IMG/VR virus record: IMGVR_UViG_3300027741_000048
Location: 1 to 64,000 of that record
Reading direction: 5' to 3' (one strand)
Origin: a virus
DNA: 64,000 nt
Shown here: positions 1 to 10,770 of the stretch, one piece after another
Numbering within the stretch: position 1 is the first letter of the stretch
Layout: each line of letters starts with the position of its first letter
Translations under genes and position numbers: made by a program
Notes under the pieces: generated by a model
The model's input: only the letters and a program-made list of their open reading frames with translations
What the model was told of the DNA's origin: nothing
Databases searched by the model: none

Positions 1-225
1 AGAAAGCAACAAAACTATAAATTTAATATTGATCAAAATTATGCATCTAATAGTTTAAAATCAATTATACAAATCGGAGCAAGTAATGCGTATCCGGGTA
101 GAAATCTCGTTAATATGGAAATTTCAGAAATCCTTGTGTTTAATACCCCTTTAAATGATGTGGCGCGTAGTACGGTGTCGAAATATCTTGTGGATAAATG
201 GAGTCTATCGTTAAGATCAGACTAG
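1..225 (+). CDS. 3' end of a LamG/concanavalin-like domain virion protein (partial)
   Basis: Frame 1 is open from base 1 to TAG at 223-225. It ends ...IQIGAS..MEISEILVFNTPLNDVARSTVSKYLVDKW, the typical LamG C-terminal motif. Confidence 0.7.
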   Translation, partial: RKQQNYKFNIDQNYASNSLKSIIQIGASNAYPGRNLVNMEISEILVFNTPLNDVARSTVSKYLVDKWSLSLRSD

Positions 226-255
226 TGTCTCTTTAGACTATTAATAAATATAAAC

Positions 256-3200
256 ATGGAGGTAATTACCCTCAACTCATCGTACTACATTGGCTTATCA
301 TCGGAATATACTCCTGATGAGACTGTTACTTTTAATCAAGATACCTATCATATGGAGCAGGGGATGTCGTTCCCGCTCGCAAAAGCTTTTCAGTATACAA
401 ACGACACCACAACAAATAATTACTCTAATCTTTTTCTCACAAAAAACACACCATTGACTGGTATACTTGATATCGTTGACTTGAATCCAGTTGATGAAAA
501 TGTTTTTACTACGTATCTGGCAATGCTTGCAAAAGACGGTATAACCGATGCATCGCGATTTATGGTGATTCAAAACGCTGATCCAGCCGTTGATACAGCT
601 CAGGTAAGTATATCGGGTACGAGAGGTCTTATTAATAGTAATTATATGTTTACTATTAATTTAATTAGCGATACACTCTGTAAAATAAAACATAATAATG
701 TAAGTACAACGCGGTATCTCACAGTTTCCTATAATGGTAATTTCTTTTTTACAACTGACACCGGTGAAGATTATTTGCAAGATAAAAGCTCACAGATTTT
801 TTATTACACTTATGACCGCAACGGTGATTATATTACATTATATAAAAATATTGGCGATGTAGCGTACTTTGTGACGTACACACCAGGCTCAACAGGTAGC
901 GGTCTTAGTCTAAATGCTGCAGTGTCTGGTACACCTGACGTTCAGTATACAAATTATACTATTTTTAAATGCTACTCTAGGCAAGATACCTCAAATATTG
1001 CGAGATTATATGATCCATGGGTAGCATATACACGAGGTACTGATACCAATACGCTGACTATCGATCCGGTAAAGAGTGTACAAGCGCCTAATTCAAATCT
1101 TCTTCTTAACAGCGAATACCTGACACTAGCAAACGATACAAGCTTAAAGTTAAATGCACTGTCTCTTAAAAATACAAACACACCTGAAAATTTTCAATCA
1201 AGAAACAACCCGTTTTACGAAAACAAATCTATCTTTTTTCATGAAAATAGTGTACAGTCTAGAGAGTATAAAAAACTCTTTACAGGGTCAAATCAAGCGC
1301 TTGGTGATGATAACATTACTCTTGGTTACGAATCCTATACCACAGATATTGTTTTACGTAAGGATTCTATAACATACTTCCATGTTCCTAATAACATATA
1401 TCCCTTTAAGCAGCTAAACATTAATGACTCAGGTTTAGTACAAGCCGGTGCTATTGCTGGTGACCATCCTATAAAGTCTGATAAAATTTTTAAAAAATTA
1501 GCGATTGCAAAAGATACATCACCCTTTGGTGTAACTAGTGAAGAAGCGACAGGTGCTTTTCTTTGTAGTTGGCTTTCCGGTGGATCTGACCTAACCCTGT
1601 CTCCTGTCTGGGTTGATAGATACTACATACCATCAAAAATAACAGCAGCTGCAGCACTTACTAGCAGACCAATACACGCCATAACGTATACCACGGTATT
1701 TGAAAGCCTATGTCGGGAGATTCCTGTCATACCTATGACCGGTGAAGTCTTTGATAAGCCATCAGATCTTATTTTCGAGCCTGGTACCTATTACGCATAT
1801 CACCACTACGGTCCAAGTGATGTAAGTAAGTATATTGATACTTTTAATACATTCCTTGTAGATAAAGGACTGCCGTATTATTATGATCTTACGTCAAACG
1901 TATTAACTCTAACGTCTGTAAATAACGATTATGCTTTTTACGGTAATAATTATGCTATTACATCACCACTGACAGGTATACAGGAATCAAATCAGTTTAC
2001 AATGTCGTTTGATATGTATAACTCCGATTGGACAAAGCCATTTGGTTATCAAATTATCGGAAATCTTCTTAATGACGGGTTTGGTATTTTTAATGAAAAT
2101 GTAGTTACACCGACAATTTTTGTTAATGCACCGTTAAGTTTAAATATTCTAAACACGGATTTTAAGCAAATTAAAAAAATAGATTATACGCAAAAGCCGT
2201 TAATTTTTATTCGGTCTAGATTTGGTGAAAATTATAGTGTAATATTTGCAGATGGATCGGTTTCACAGTATACTTGTGACGACTTTTTAGTTAGTACAGA
2301 TACAAGTAACGTAAAGCTACTTTCTGCAGCTGTTGAATATATTAATATAGATTCAACTGCATTTGTTCTTTGCTCCGGTGTTCAGGCAGGAGGATACAAT
2401 AAAGTTATACAGATTAATTTACAGACAAACACATCAACTTCAATTGACTCATCGTCACTTGCAGTAAGTGCGGTGTTCGTACCTAGCGCAGGTTCTGCTG
2501 GGTTCAATACTGCAAGTACTATTGATTATTTAAACAATAAATTCTATTTTACACCAGGTAGTTTTTCTCGCAGGATTAATAACGATATTTACTATTTAAC
2601 AGACAACAGATATACGATTAATGCTTGGTATAATATAGAGTCAAGTGGTACACAAGTCCTGACAGCTTTTAAATCAAAAGACCAGATAGTTGATTTTAAT
2701 ATTGATTTTGATGGAAATATTTGGGTAGTTACATGTACAGAAAAATATTATAAATTCACTCAACAAAAAGAACTACTTCTTTCCGGTACCCTTACATCAA
2801 ACACAACAATTACAACAACCATATCCTTGACTGGTAATGGCGTAGACAGATCGTTCACCTTGTCAAACAGTGGCTCACCAATACCAGGTGATTATATTGT
2901 AAATAATAGTAGTGGTGTAAGGCTCTTACCGGCTTTAGACTATACAATCTCAGGTAGTACAAATAATACTATAGTATTTTCAACACCACCTGGTAATAAT
3001 ATAGTCTATACCGTAGCACGTACTTATATTATTGACGCTTTTAAGAGTAGGGGAATCGACTTTACAGCAGAATTTGCAAACGGTAAATATATTGACCAGG
3101 TATTATTTGTACGTACAAATTACAATACTAGCCTTACGCCTATTACAGGTTATCAATTCGCAACATTTACCACAAACGGACAACCTTTAACAAGTGTTTT

Positions 3201-3906
3201 TTACCCCACGTTAAGTGCAAAGTTGGCTCTAACGAATTCGAAATATTTACGCAATTACGTGTTAGACACCTACCCAGACTCAAACCTTAATATTAAAGCA
3301 GTTACAACAAATGTATATGATCCATCTGATATTTCGGTGAATGAAATTATATATAATCTATCAGCGCTTGATCCGGGTTATCATCATTTTGCTATTCGCT
3401 TTGATTCTTATCACGGATATATGACGCTATTTATTGACGGTAGCCGTCTTGGTGAGGTGCAATTTCAACCGAGAAAATATAAATTTAGCAATCTCGTGTA
3501 TCGTCCGTTTGTTGTAGGCTCATCGTGCTTTAATAATTCAACACCATTATTCGAGTATTTACAAAAAAATAGTTACCTTATCGAAAATACAAGAATAAAA
3601 AATTTCTGCATATATAACACCCCTCTCAACGACTACGATATTATCATGCATGCTCGTAGAAATCAGACAATACACGATGTTCATTTTAACGTACCTTGTG
3701 GCCGAAGAAACTATTTAGAAGAGATAGAGCGTTATTTTAAAGCTAATGTACCGGGTAGTAAGTCGACGACATATAATATCGTTCTACGTAATACTGGTAT
3801 TACAAACAGTAATCTACAAAAACAGATAGAGCAATATTTGCTAAATACGATTAAAAATTCGGCACCTGTTTATGCAAAATTAAATACTATTAAATGGGTT
3901 AACTAG
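256..3906 (+). CDS. Large virion structural protein with LamG-like and beta-propeller segments (tail/baseplate)
   Basis: 1216 aa, rich in T/S/N. LamG-type motifs (FTMSFDMY; YHHFAIRFDS..MTLFIDG; FCIYNTPLND). TAAATA 5 nt upstream. Confidence 0.6.
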   Translation: MEVITLNSSYYIGLSSEYTPDETVTFNQDTYHMEQGMSFPLAKAFQYTNDTTTNNYSNLFLTKNTPLTGILDIVDLNPVDENVFTTYLAMLAKDGITDASRFMVIQNADPAVDTAQVSISGTRGLINSNYMFTINLISDTLCKIKHNNVSTTRYLTVSYNGNFFFTTDTGEDYLQDKSSQIFYYTYDRNGDYITLYKNIGDVAYFVTYTPGSTGSGLSLNAAVSGTPDVQYTNYTIFKCYSRQDTSNIARLYDPWVAYTRGTDTNTLTIDPVKSVQAPNSNLLLNSEYLTLANDTSLKLNALSLKNTNTPENFQSRNNPFYENKSIFFHENSVQSREYKKLFTGSNQALGDDNITLGYESYTTDIVLRKDSITYFHVPNNIYPFKQLNINDSGLVQAGAIAGDHPIKSDKIFKKLAIAKDTSPFGVTSEEATGAFLCSWLSGGSDLTLSPVWVDRYYIPSKITAAAALTSRPIHAITYTTVFESLCREIPVIPMTGEVFDKPSDLIFEPGTYYAYHHYGPSDVSKYIDTFNTFLVDKGLPYYYDLTSNVLTLTSVNNDYAFYGNNYAITSPLTGIQESNQFTMSFDMYNSDWTKPFGYQIIGNLLNDGFGIFNENVVTPTIFVNAPLSLNILNTDFKQIKKIDYTQKPLIFIRSRFGENYSVIFADGSVSQYTCDDFLVSTDTSNVKLLSAAVEYINIDSTAFVLCSGVQAGGYNKVIQINLQTNTSTSIDSSSLAVSAVFVPSAGSAGFNTASTIDYLNNKFYFTPGSFSRRINNDIYYLTDNRYTINAWYNIESSGTQVLTAFKSKDQIVDFNIDFDGNIWVVTCTEKYYKFTQQKELLLSGTLTSNTTITTTISLTGNGVDRSFTLSNSGSPIPGDYIVNNSSGVRLLPALDYTISGSTNNTIVFSTPPGNNIVYTVARTYIIDAFKSRGIDFTAEFANGKYIDQVLFVRTNYNTSLTPITGYQFATFTTNGQPLTSVFYPTLSAKLALTNSKYLRNYVLDTYPDSNLNIKAVTTNVYDPSDISVNEIIYNLSALDPGYHHFAIRFDSYHGYMTLFIDGSRLGEVQFQPRKYKFSNLVYRPFVVGSSCFNNSTPLFEYLQKNSYLIENTRIKNFCIYNTPLNDYDIIMHARRNQTIHDVHFNVPCGRRNYLEEIERYFKANVPGSKSTTYNIVLRNTGITNSNLQKQIEQYLLNTIKNSAPVYAKLNTIKWVN

Positions 3907-3907
3907 C

Positions 3908-5530
3908 ATGAATATTAACACGATAATACAACAGCAGGGAATAATTTATGATCGTAGTTTGAACACTACACTTACATTACCGTACTCTGGTTTTGAAACA
4001 ATAAAGCTAAAACAAAACGAATCCGTAACAAATTTTAATATTAATAGTATTATTACTAAATTATACGAAAACTATTTACAACTCTACAAGTATACACATA
4101 TAGCGTCAAACGTTATGCCTATTACCTCTGTAGCAATGCTCGGTGTGAGTGCCGGTGTACTATCGTTCTACCGTAGCATAAGCACAAGTCAACTCGATGC
4201 GTTTGGAGCTGCAGGGTTTCCAGGTATTGGGTCAAGTAATGTTTTAACTGTCAGATACAACCCTGAAACAGACTCATATGCAATCTTTACGACTAACGGC
4301 AATAATACCCTACTAGCGTTTACTGCAGATAGCTCTTTTACAATGGTAGCTTCCGCGTTGAGTGCGAGATATACATCAAACTCTATCAATGCTACACCTT
4401 GGCAAAATATAACTGATTTGACATTTGATGGTGATAACTCACTCTATGTACTTGATTCTGATGCTAATAGCATTTATAAATACAACGCTTCTGGTTTTTT
4501 AACAAACGATAATATTTTAAAAAATAAACTCGTCTATACGTCGTATATTGGTGGTAAAGGTAACTATAATGATAATACAAAGTTTAATAAACCTAATAGT
4601 ATTGCCTATTATGATTCTGAAATATACGTTCTCGATGCAGGTAATAGTTGTATAAAAAAATACGATACTAATTTAAACTGGGAAATAACATATCGGTTGT
4701 TTAGAGATTTCTTGCAATCGCCTCCGTTACAAATTGGTTTTAGTAAAATGGGTGTTCCTTTTGTACTGTTAGCTAACAATCAATTAATACAGTATAGTAA
4801 TGATTTTAATACTAAGCAGATATACAGTGTAATACCTCTTTCAGGTGATAATAGTACTATAAAAAAATTTACTTTCTCTTCATCAGACTCTAATGTATTA
4901 TATCTTTATTCAAATAATTACGTTTATAAGTGTTTAATTAGCGATCCGGCAGATTTTATTGGTAGATATTCTTTAAGTAGATTTCGTGTTAACACCACAG
5001 AGACAATTAATGCAGTGGCTTCAGTACCTGTTGTGTTTAACAATCAACCGAGTGATTGTAACTTTATCTTAAGTACTGGCGGAGCTGGTGGGAAAATATG
5101 TTTGTATTATGATAACATAAATACAGTCAGCGTTCTTGCGGATGAAGAATTTGACGTATACCCGCTAGACGTTATTAAAATTAACCCCGATGAGTATTTA
5201 CAGAATTGGGTCATTAATAAAGCTATTTCTAAGTTATTGTTAAATCACATGAGATTGCGCGATAATATTGTGGAAAAGCTTATCTATAAAAAAGATATTA
5301 TATCAGGTGATGTATTGCTTTCAGGTACAAGGTATTTTGTACCGAGTGAGATGGATACAATGGCTTTTCATCAGGAGATTACAAATTATATAGGAATAAA
5401 CGAAATATTTCAAAATACAACAGTTAACCGCCCGTTCGAATATATATACAACATTCAGATTAATCTGTTGAATATTCTACAAGCGGAAAAGCAAAATTAC
5501 TTTGATTTATATCAAATAGCGTATTTTTAA
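3908..5530 (+). CDS. NHL-repeat/beta-propeller virion protein
   Basis: NHL-like repeats LYVLDSDANSIYKY and FNKPNSIA..IYVLDAGNSCIKKYD. Confidence 0.6.
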   Translation: MNINTIIQQQGIIYDRSLNTTLTLPYSGFETIKLKQNESVTNFNINSIITKLYENYLQLYKYTHIASNVMPITSVAMLGVSAGVLSFYRSISTSQLDAFGAAGFPGIGSSNVLTVRYNPETDSYAIFTTNGNNTLLAFTADSSFTMVASALSARYTSNSINATPWQNITDLTFDGDNSLYVLDSDANSIYKYNASGFLTNDNILKNKLVYTSYIGGKGNYNDNTKFNKPNSIAYYDSEIYVLDAGNSCIKKYDTNLNWEITYRLFRDFLQSPPLQIGFSKMGVPFVLLANNQLIQYSNDFNTKQIYSVIPLSGDNSTIKKFTFSSSDSNVLYLYSNNYVYKCLISDPADFIGRYSLSRFRVNTTETINAVASVPVVFNNQPSDCNFILSTGGAGGKICLYYDNINTVSVLADEEFDVYPLDVIKINPDEYLQNWVINKAISKLLLNHMRLRDNIVEKLIYKKDIISGDVLLSGTRYFVPSEMDTMAFHQEITNYIGINEIFQNTTVNRPFEYIYNIQINLLNILQAEKQNYFDLYQIAYF

Positions 5531-5569
5531 TATTGTTTGATTTTAATGTTCTTTTACTAAATAATAACG

Positions 5570-7696
5570 ATGGCAATACCAAATATCACATCTGATACAA
5601 TAATAAAGCTTTTAGTTAGACGTGGATTAGACACAGATCGTGTAAAAACTACATTAGCTAATGGTGAGTTAGGGTATACTACAGATGAAAAGCGTCTCTT
5701 CGTTGGCGATGGATCAACTCCAGGCGGGAAATTAGCTGGTAATCTCGGTGGCGTTGCAGCAAAAGGAAAAGAAAATCTTGCAACATATTCCCCACAGTTT
5801 ATACCACGTTCTGGTGATCTTTTATTTGAGCAATTCGATAGTAATGGGAATAATTCCAATATCTTGTTTATCTACGGTAACCAGCAATGGGTAAATGTAC
5901 ACCCTGTTTATAGCCCTGCTTTCTCGTATAACGGTATAGCAGGAAACACTTCAACTGGTGGGTTGGGATTTAATAAACAATATTTTAACTTAGATACTGC
6001 TACAGGTTATTTTGGTATTGGTACTACAGTAGCTCCTCAAGCTAAACTTGATGTCAACGGCAATGTAAATGTAAGTGGTAATTTAACTGTACCGACTGCG
6101 AATTTAACGCAAGGTTACGTAACCAATAGCATCAGTCAGTCCACTCAAATAACTAACAAACTCTATGTTGATTCAAAGTTTTTACCGCAGTCAGGTTTTT
6201 ATTCTTTAATACAACCCTGGGTACATACAAATTTTGTAAATGTTAGCGGTGATACTATGACCGGTAATTTAGATCTCGGTCTTAATAATTTTGTAATTCT
6301 TAGTGCGGCTCCTGTTAACCCCAAGCACTCTACAAATAAACAATACGTTGACGACTTAGTTGCCGATGCTATTGGTACTTCATCAGCCTTTGGTAGTTCG
6401 AGATTTGTTCCTATATCAGGAGGCGCTGTGGTACGCGGTCCGTTGACGTTCTCACCTTCAATTAACAGCCCAGGCGGGCCTGCGATATACATATCACAAA
6501 CAAACAATCAACAGGTTGTATTTAAAATCGACGATACCAAGCTTAATACAAAGCCACTAATCGTTGACAACTATGGTGCTGTTGGCATAGGTGATACCCC
6601 GCCATATGGTGGTCGGACGCAACTATCTGTGTTTGGTAACGCTAGTGTAACACAATTATTGACTGCGGCTAATATTGTTGCTGGTAACTCGCTCGGTGTC
6701 AACATTAATACACCACTTACAAAGGCACATATCGGTGGCGCGCTACGTGTTGATAGTGAGACGGTTAGTCCGTATACACAATCGGTTAATAGTCAATCCT
6801 TACAAGATGTAAATTACCGTACAAATACATATCTTGTGCTGCCCGGTGACCCAGCAGGAGCTGCTACTGATTGGTGCTATCTACGTCAAATAGGTAGCGG
6901 TGATTACTACACTCTTTCTTTTGATTTATTTGATAATCCAAATTCAAATACTTCAGGACAAGCTTTTGCTATACGTAACATTAATGAAACGACATCTACG
7001 ACACAAGTTTTGACACGTTTCTTAATCGACGGTGTTGGTAATATCGGTATTAACACCAATGCACCGACTCAGAGATTAACCATTAATGACGGTAATATTC
7101 TTCTCAATACTAATAGTACAGGGTTATATTTTACCGATGCAAGTAATTCGCATCCATATATGGTAATGCAGGGTGATAATAATTTTGTATTTTACGGTAC
7201 TAATTCTACTGGTGGTCAAAGACCGATTTGGAGTGTGTTCCAACGAAGTGATAGCTCTACCTTTAGAATTAATACGTCAGCTTCTGTATCCGGCTCTCTT
7301 AGTACCACCGGTAACTCGGTTATAGGTGGTAATTTAACCGTCAGTAATGGACTAGCAGTAAACAGTGGTGGGTTAACGGTTAACGGTACGATAAACGCTA
7401 CTGGTGATATTACAGCATTCTATACTTCTGATGCACGTCTGAAAGATAATATCAAGCCTATTACCTGTGCGCTAGAAAAAATTGATAGTATACAGGGTGT
7501 GGAGTTTGATTGGAATCACGAGCTCTCCGATCATACAGGACATGATATCGGTGTACTGGCTCAAGAAATAGAAGAAGTGTTGCCTGAAGCTGTAATTACA
7601 CGTGATAATGGCTATAAAGCAGTTCGTTATGAAAAGCTAATACCTCTTCTTTTACAAGCCGTAAAAGAACTCAAAGCTCAATTAGCATCAAAGTAA
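5570..7696 (+). CDS. Tail fibre with C-terminal intramolecular chaperone (peptidase S74-like)
   Basis: N-terminal GELGYTTDEKRLFVGDG fibre-attachment motif; TNKxYVD and GIGT/GINT repeats; C-terminal SDARLKDNI...GVLAQEIEEVLPEAV...YEKLIPLLLQAVKEL. Confidence 0.85.
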   Translation: MAIPNITSDTIIKLLVRRGLDTDRVKTTLANGELGYTTDEKRLFVGDGSTPGGKLAGNLGGVAAKGKENLATYSPQFIPRSGDLLFEQFDSNGNNSNILFIYGNQQWVNVHPVYSPAFSYNGIAGNTSTGGLGFNKQYFNLDTATGYFGIGTTVAPQAKLDVNGNVNVSGNLTVPTANLTQGYVTNSISQSTQITNKLYVDSKFLPQSGFYSLIQPWVHTNFVNVSGDTMTGNLDLGLNNFVILSAAPVNPKHSTNKQYVDDLVADAIGTSSAFGSSRFVPISGGAVVRGPLTFSPSINSPGGPAIYISQTNNQQVVFKIDDTKLNTKPLIVDNYGAVGIGDTPPYGGRTQLSVFGNASVTQLLTAANIVAGNSLGVNINTPLTKAHIGGALRVDSETVSPYTQSVNSQSLQDVNYRTNTYLVLPGDPAGAATDWCYLRQIGSGDYYTLSFDLFDNPNSNTSGQAFAIRNINETTSTTQVLTRFLIDGVGNIGINTNAPTQRLTINDGNILLNTNSTGLYFTDASNSHPYMVMQGDNNFVFYGTNSTGGQRPIWSVFQRSDSSTFRINTSASVSGSLSTTGNSVIGGNLTVSNGLAVNSGGLTVNGTINATGDITAFYTSDARLKDNIKPITCALEKIDSIQGVEFDWNHELSDHTGHDIGVLAQEIEEVLPEAVITRDNGYKAVRYEKLIPLLLQAVKELKAQLASK

Positions 7697-7707
7697 ATAC
7701 TTAAAAA

Positions 7708-8844
7708 ATGGCTAATAATACCAACCCTCTTCCGTTGAGTGGTAACGCTATTTCACTACAAGAAATAGCAGATGCTTTTTATTTATATAAGACATATACC
7801 GATGGTAATGCTACCACCATCGAAGATTATTATGGTGACTTAATTAAACAGCAGTTTGATTATTTACCACCATCGCTGCCTGTTCCAACAACTACTGAAC
7901 GTACGATTAACATTGGATCATTTCACGGTAAGCAGATAATACTACCTATTAATCTTACTATCACAACAACTGTAAATAACTATAATTTATTCGATAACGC
8001 GAATGCTGCGGCTTTATCAAAGTATGGAATTGGTCTCACCACCGCTGATATTCCTTTTTATATTACATTGACTAATAAAAGTATTATTACATCCACTAGT
8101 ATCAGTGCACCAGCACTCGATATTGGTAAAAGCTCTGACAGTACGAAAATATTTAACAGTCGGACAGTTATCTTTCTGTATAATGATAGTACGGGTACGA
8201 TAGTCGGTGCTACAGATACAACGCCAGATAGGTATTTTGCAAGCGATGGAACTAATGGTCATGCTACGCAGACATTTACTGTAAATGAAGGAGAGACAAG
8301 TGTACGATATAACCTTGCAGGTGCAGGCGGTTATGGAGCAGGTGGTGCTCAAACTGATTGGAAGGCAGGCTATACTTACGGTGGTCATGGCGGTAACGGT
8401 GAACTTTTAACAGGGTCATTAGCTGTGTCGAATAATGATATCATTACATTAGAACGTGCCACTTTAAAATTAAACGGCACTGTTGCAGTTGCTGCAGGTA
8501 ACGGTGGTTCAGCAAACGGCGGTAATAACGGTGGTTCTGCAGGTAACGGACGAGGTGGGGGGGGAGGATCAGGTGGTGGTCCTAATGACGGTCGTGGTAA
8601 AAATCCTAGCTCAGGTCAGCCCGGAGCACCTGCAGGTGGTAACGTATCATATACACCTAATTTACCCGGAGGACCTGCAATACGTCTACTTTTCCCTGTA
8701 ACAGTCGTCAATAACGGTAAAATAACCGGGGGTTATGGTAATCAAGGAATAGCAGGGATCAACGGCTATTCTATTGTAAATAAACAATATCTTCTCGGTG
8801 GTAATATAGGTGGTAGCGGGGTTGTATCGGGGCCCTACGTTTAA
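7708..8844 (+). CDS. Glycine-rich tail fibre tip adhesin (T-even gp38-like)
   Basis: Follows the chaperone-ended fibre. Poly-Gly motifs (GAGGYGAGG, GRGGGGGSGGG) and C-terminal GGPAI...VVNNGKITGG. Confidence 0.6.
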   Translation: MANNTNPLPLSGNAISLQEIADAFYLYKTYTDGNATTIEDYYGDLIKQQFDYLPPSLPVPTTTERTINIGSFHGKQIILPINLTITTTVNNYNLFDNANAAALSKYGIGLTTADIPFYITLTNKSIITSTSISAPALDIGKSSDSTKIFNSRTVIFLYNDSTGTIVGATDTTPDRYFASDGTNGHATQTFTVNEGETSVRYNLAGAGGYGAGGAQTDWKAGYTYGGHGGNGELLTGSLAVSNNDIITLERATLKLNGTVAVAAGNGGSANGGNNGGSAGNGRGGGGGSGGGPNDGRGKNPSSGQPGAPAGGNVSYTPNLPGGPAIRLLFPVTVVNNGKITGGYGNQGIAGINGYSIVNKQYLLGGNIGGSGVVSGPYV

Positions 8845-8881
8845 GCATTGCCATTTCGTGTATGTTTTTTAAATATATTAT

Positions 8882-9463
8882 ATGAAAAAATTAGCTCTTA
8901 TTGCTTTGTTTTTTATTAATGGCTGTACAATATATACTGAAAAACAATCCGAGGCATTGAGTCAAAATGTTTATGCAACAAACGATGCCCTTGATAAAGC
9001 GAGGGTTGATTTAGCTTGGTTTTATTCAAACGAATCGACAAAATTTATTAAAATACCGAAGAGCCGTATAGTGATCAATTCGATATACGAATCAAACAAT
9101 GCGTCGAATAAACAGACTGTGGAATCAAAAACACGCGTCGTTGTTGTACCGTCACAGTATAGAAATGATAAAGTAGTTGTTGTTGGGTCTGAAGAGTATC
9201 AGAATCTCTTGAAAGACCGTGAAATAAAAAAACAGCTTGAAAAAGATAATACTAATATGAGTAATCAACTCAAGATTAATGAGCAAGAGTTACTCAAGCA
9301 GCAAAACATGCACGATAAATTGGTACAGGATTTAAACCATCTACAGTCCCGGGTCTATAAAAAAGACGCAATAATCTTAAAGCTTATTATTGCTCTTGGT
9401 ATTACATGGTTGTTAATAGCAGGGTACCTCTATCTTAGAATTAATAGACTGCTCTTCTTTTAA
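8882..9463 (+). CDS. Probable unimolecular spanin (lipoprotein signal plus C-terminal TMD)
   Basis: MKKLALIALFFINGC lipobox, coiled-coil middle, C-terminal hydrophobic helix IILKLIIALGITWLLIAGYLYL. Adjacent to holin and endolysin. Confidence 0.65.
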   Translation: MKKLALIALFFINGCTIYTEKQSEALSQNVYATNDALDKARVDLAWFYSNESTKFIKIPKSRIVINSIYESNNASNKQTVESKTRVVVVPSQYRNDKVVVVGSEEYQNLLKDREIKKQLEKDNTNMSNQLKINEQELLKQQNMHDKLVQDLNHLQSRVYKKDAIILKLIIALGITWLLIAGYLYLRINRLLFF

Positions 9464-9486
9464 TACATTGTAATAAATATTTTTGT

Positions 9487-9945
9487 ATGCTTGAAGGACT
9501 TGCAAATGTCGCACGATCAGCGGTTGCTTTTCTTCAAAACGGAAAAGCACCTCCAAATACACCGGCGTATTTGGAAAAAAAAATGGAAGATACTAATCAC
9601 TTAGCTTCCAAAAAGTTTTTTATAATAATGACATCGTTACTCATTATAGTCTCGATGTTCTTTATAGCAGTTGGTATTTTGTTTTTTATTCCAAAAGATC
9701 ATGATATAGTTATAACAACATATGCAACAATTTTTACAAAGATTATGGAGCAAATTGCTCTTGTTATTTCTGTTTACTTAGGTGCTCAAGGCCTTGTTGA
9801 CATTAGATATAACAGTTCTTCTAATGCAAATGTTTCTGGAGAAGCTCAATCAATACAAGAAACTACTAAAGAAGAAAAAAATATTAATGTAAATGAACAA
9901 GTTTTGTCTAATAACGCAAAAGAGGCTGACTATATAATAGAATGA
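9487..9945 (+). CDS. Probable holin (2 TMDs)
   Basis: Two hydrophobic helices and a charged C-tail. Overlaps the endolysin start (ATGA). Confidence 0.6.
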   Translation: MLEGLANVARSAVAFLQNGKAPPNTPAYLEKKMEDTNHLASKKFFIIMTSLLIIVSMFFIAVGILFFIPKDHDIVITTYATIFTKIMEQIALVISVYLGAQGLVDIRYNSSSNANVSGEAQSIQETTKEEKNINVNEQVLSNNAKEADYIIE

Positions 9946-10553
9946 AAACACCATCTCCTGAAACATTAAAGCTATTGCTTGATTATGAAGTAGGGGGCGG
10001 TAAGCCATACTACGATAAATATCTTTCTAAATTTACTTGGCCTGGCGGAGCATCAGGTCCTACTATCTGTATCGGTGTTGATTGTGGTTATTATACAAGA
10101 GATGAGCTATCTGCAATATTTCATTTTTTAGCAGATGATCAGATTAAACTAATACAGGGTGCTAGTGATAAAACAGGAGCGAGCGGTAAGGAATATACAA
10201 AAATATTGAGAGAGGCAGGCATTACTGTTTCCTGGGACCAGGCGACAGAGATATTTGAAACACTCACTTGGCCTAAGTTTACAAAATTAGCAGAAAAATC
10301 ATTTCCTGGTTTAGATAAGCTATGCGATAACGCATATGGAGCTATCGTGTCATTGGTTTTCAATCGTGGAAATAGTATGACAGGAGATAATAGGTTAGAG
10401 ATGCGCAATATAAGAGACTTAGTACCTTCAAAAGACTATAAAGGCATTGCTAAAGAGCTTAGAAATATGAAAAGACTTTGGAAGGGAAAAGGATTAGACG
10501 GTCTTATTGAAAGACGAGAGGCAGAGGCTAAATTAGTTGAAACGTGCGCTTAA
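9942..10553 (+). CDS. Endolysin, lysozyme-fold (pesticin/GH24-like)
   Basis: YEVGG..WPGGASGPTICIGVDCG; AIVSLVFNRG; C-terminal GLIERREAEAKL. Confidence 0.8.
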   Translation: MKTPSPETLKLLLDYEVGGGKPYYDKYLSKFTWPGGASGPTICIGVDCGYYTRDELSAIFHFLADDQIKLIQGASDKTGASGKEYTKILREAGITVSWDQATEIFETLTWPKFTKLAEKSFPGLDKLCDNAYGAIVSLVFNRGNSMTGDNRLEMRNIRDLVPSKDYKGIAKELRNMKRLWKGKGLDGLIERREAEAKLVETCA

Positions 10554-10572
10554 TAATCGTAAATAATATATA

Positions 10573-10770
10573 ATGAGTAATCTCATAAACGAGTTTTTTG
10601 ATCTTAATAAACCGTGCCCAGATAAAATTCCTAATTGTCAACAACTTAGAGACGAATACCAGAAAGCACTTGACGAGAAACGTGCATCTAGATGTAGTGC
10701 ATGTGAAGAGCTTAAAATTAAAACAAAATATATGGAGATAGCCTGGAATGCATTTATAAATACGATTTAA
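10573..10770 (+). CDS. Small Cys-containing hypothetical protein
   Basis: 65 aa with Cx6C...CxxC. TAAATA 7 nt upstream. Confidence 0.55.
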   Translation: MSNLINEFFDLNKPCPDKIPNCQQLRDEYQKALDEKRASRCSACEELKIKTKYMEIAWNAFINTI

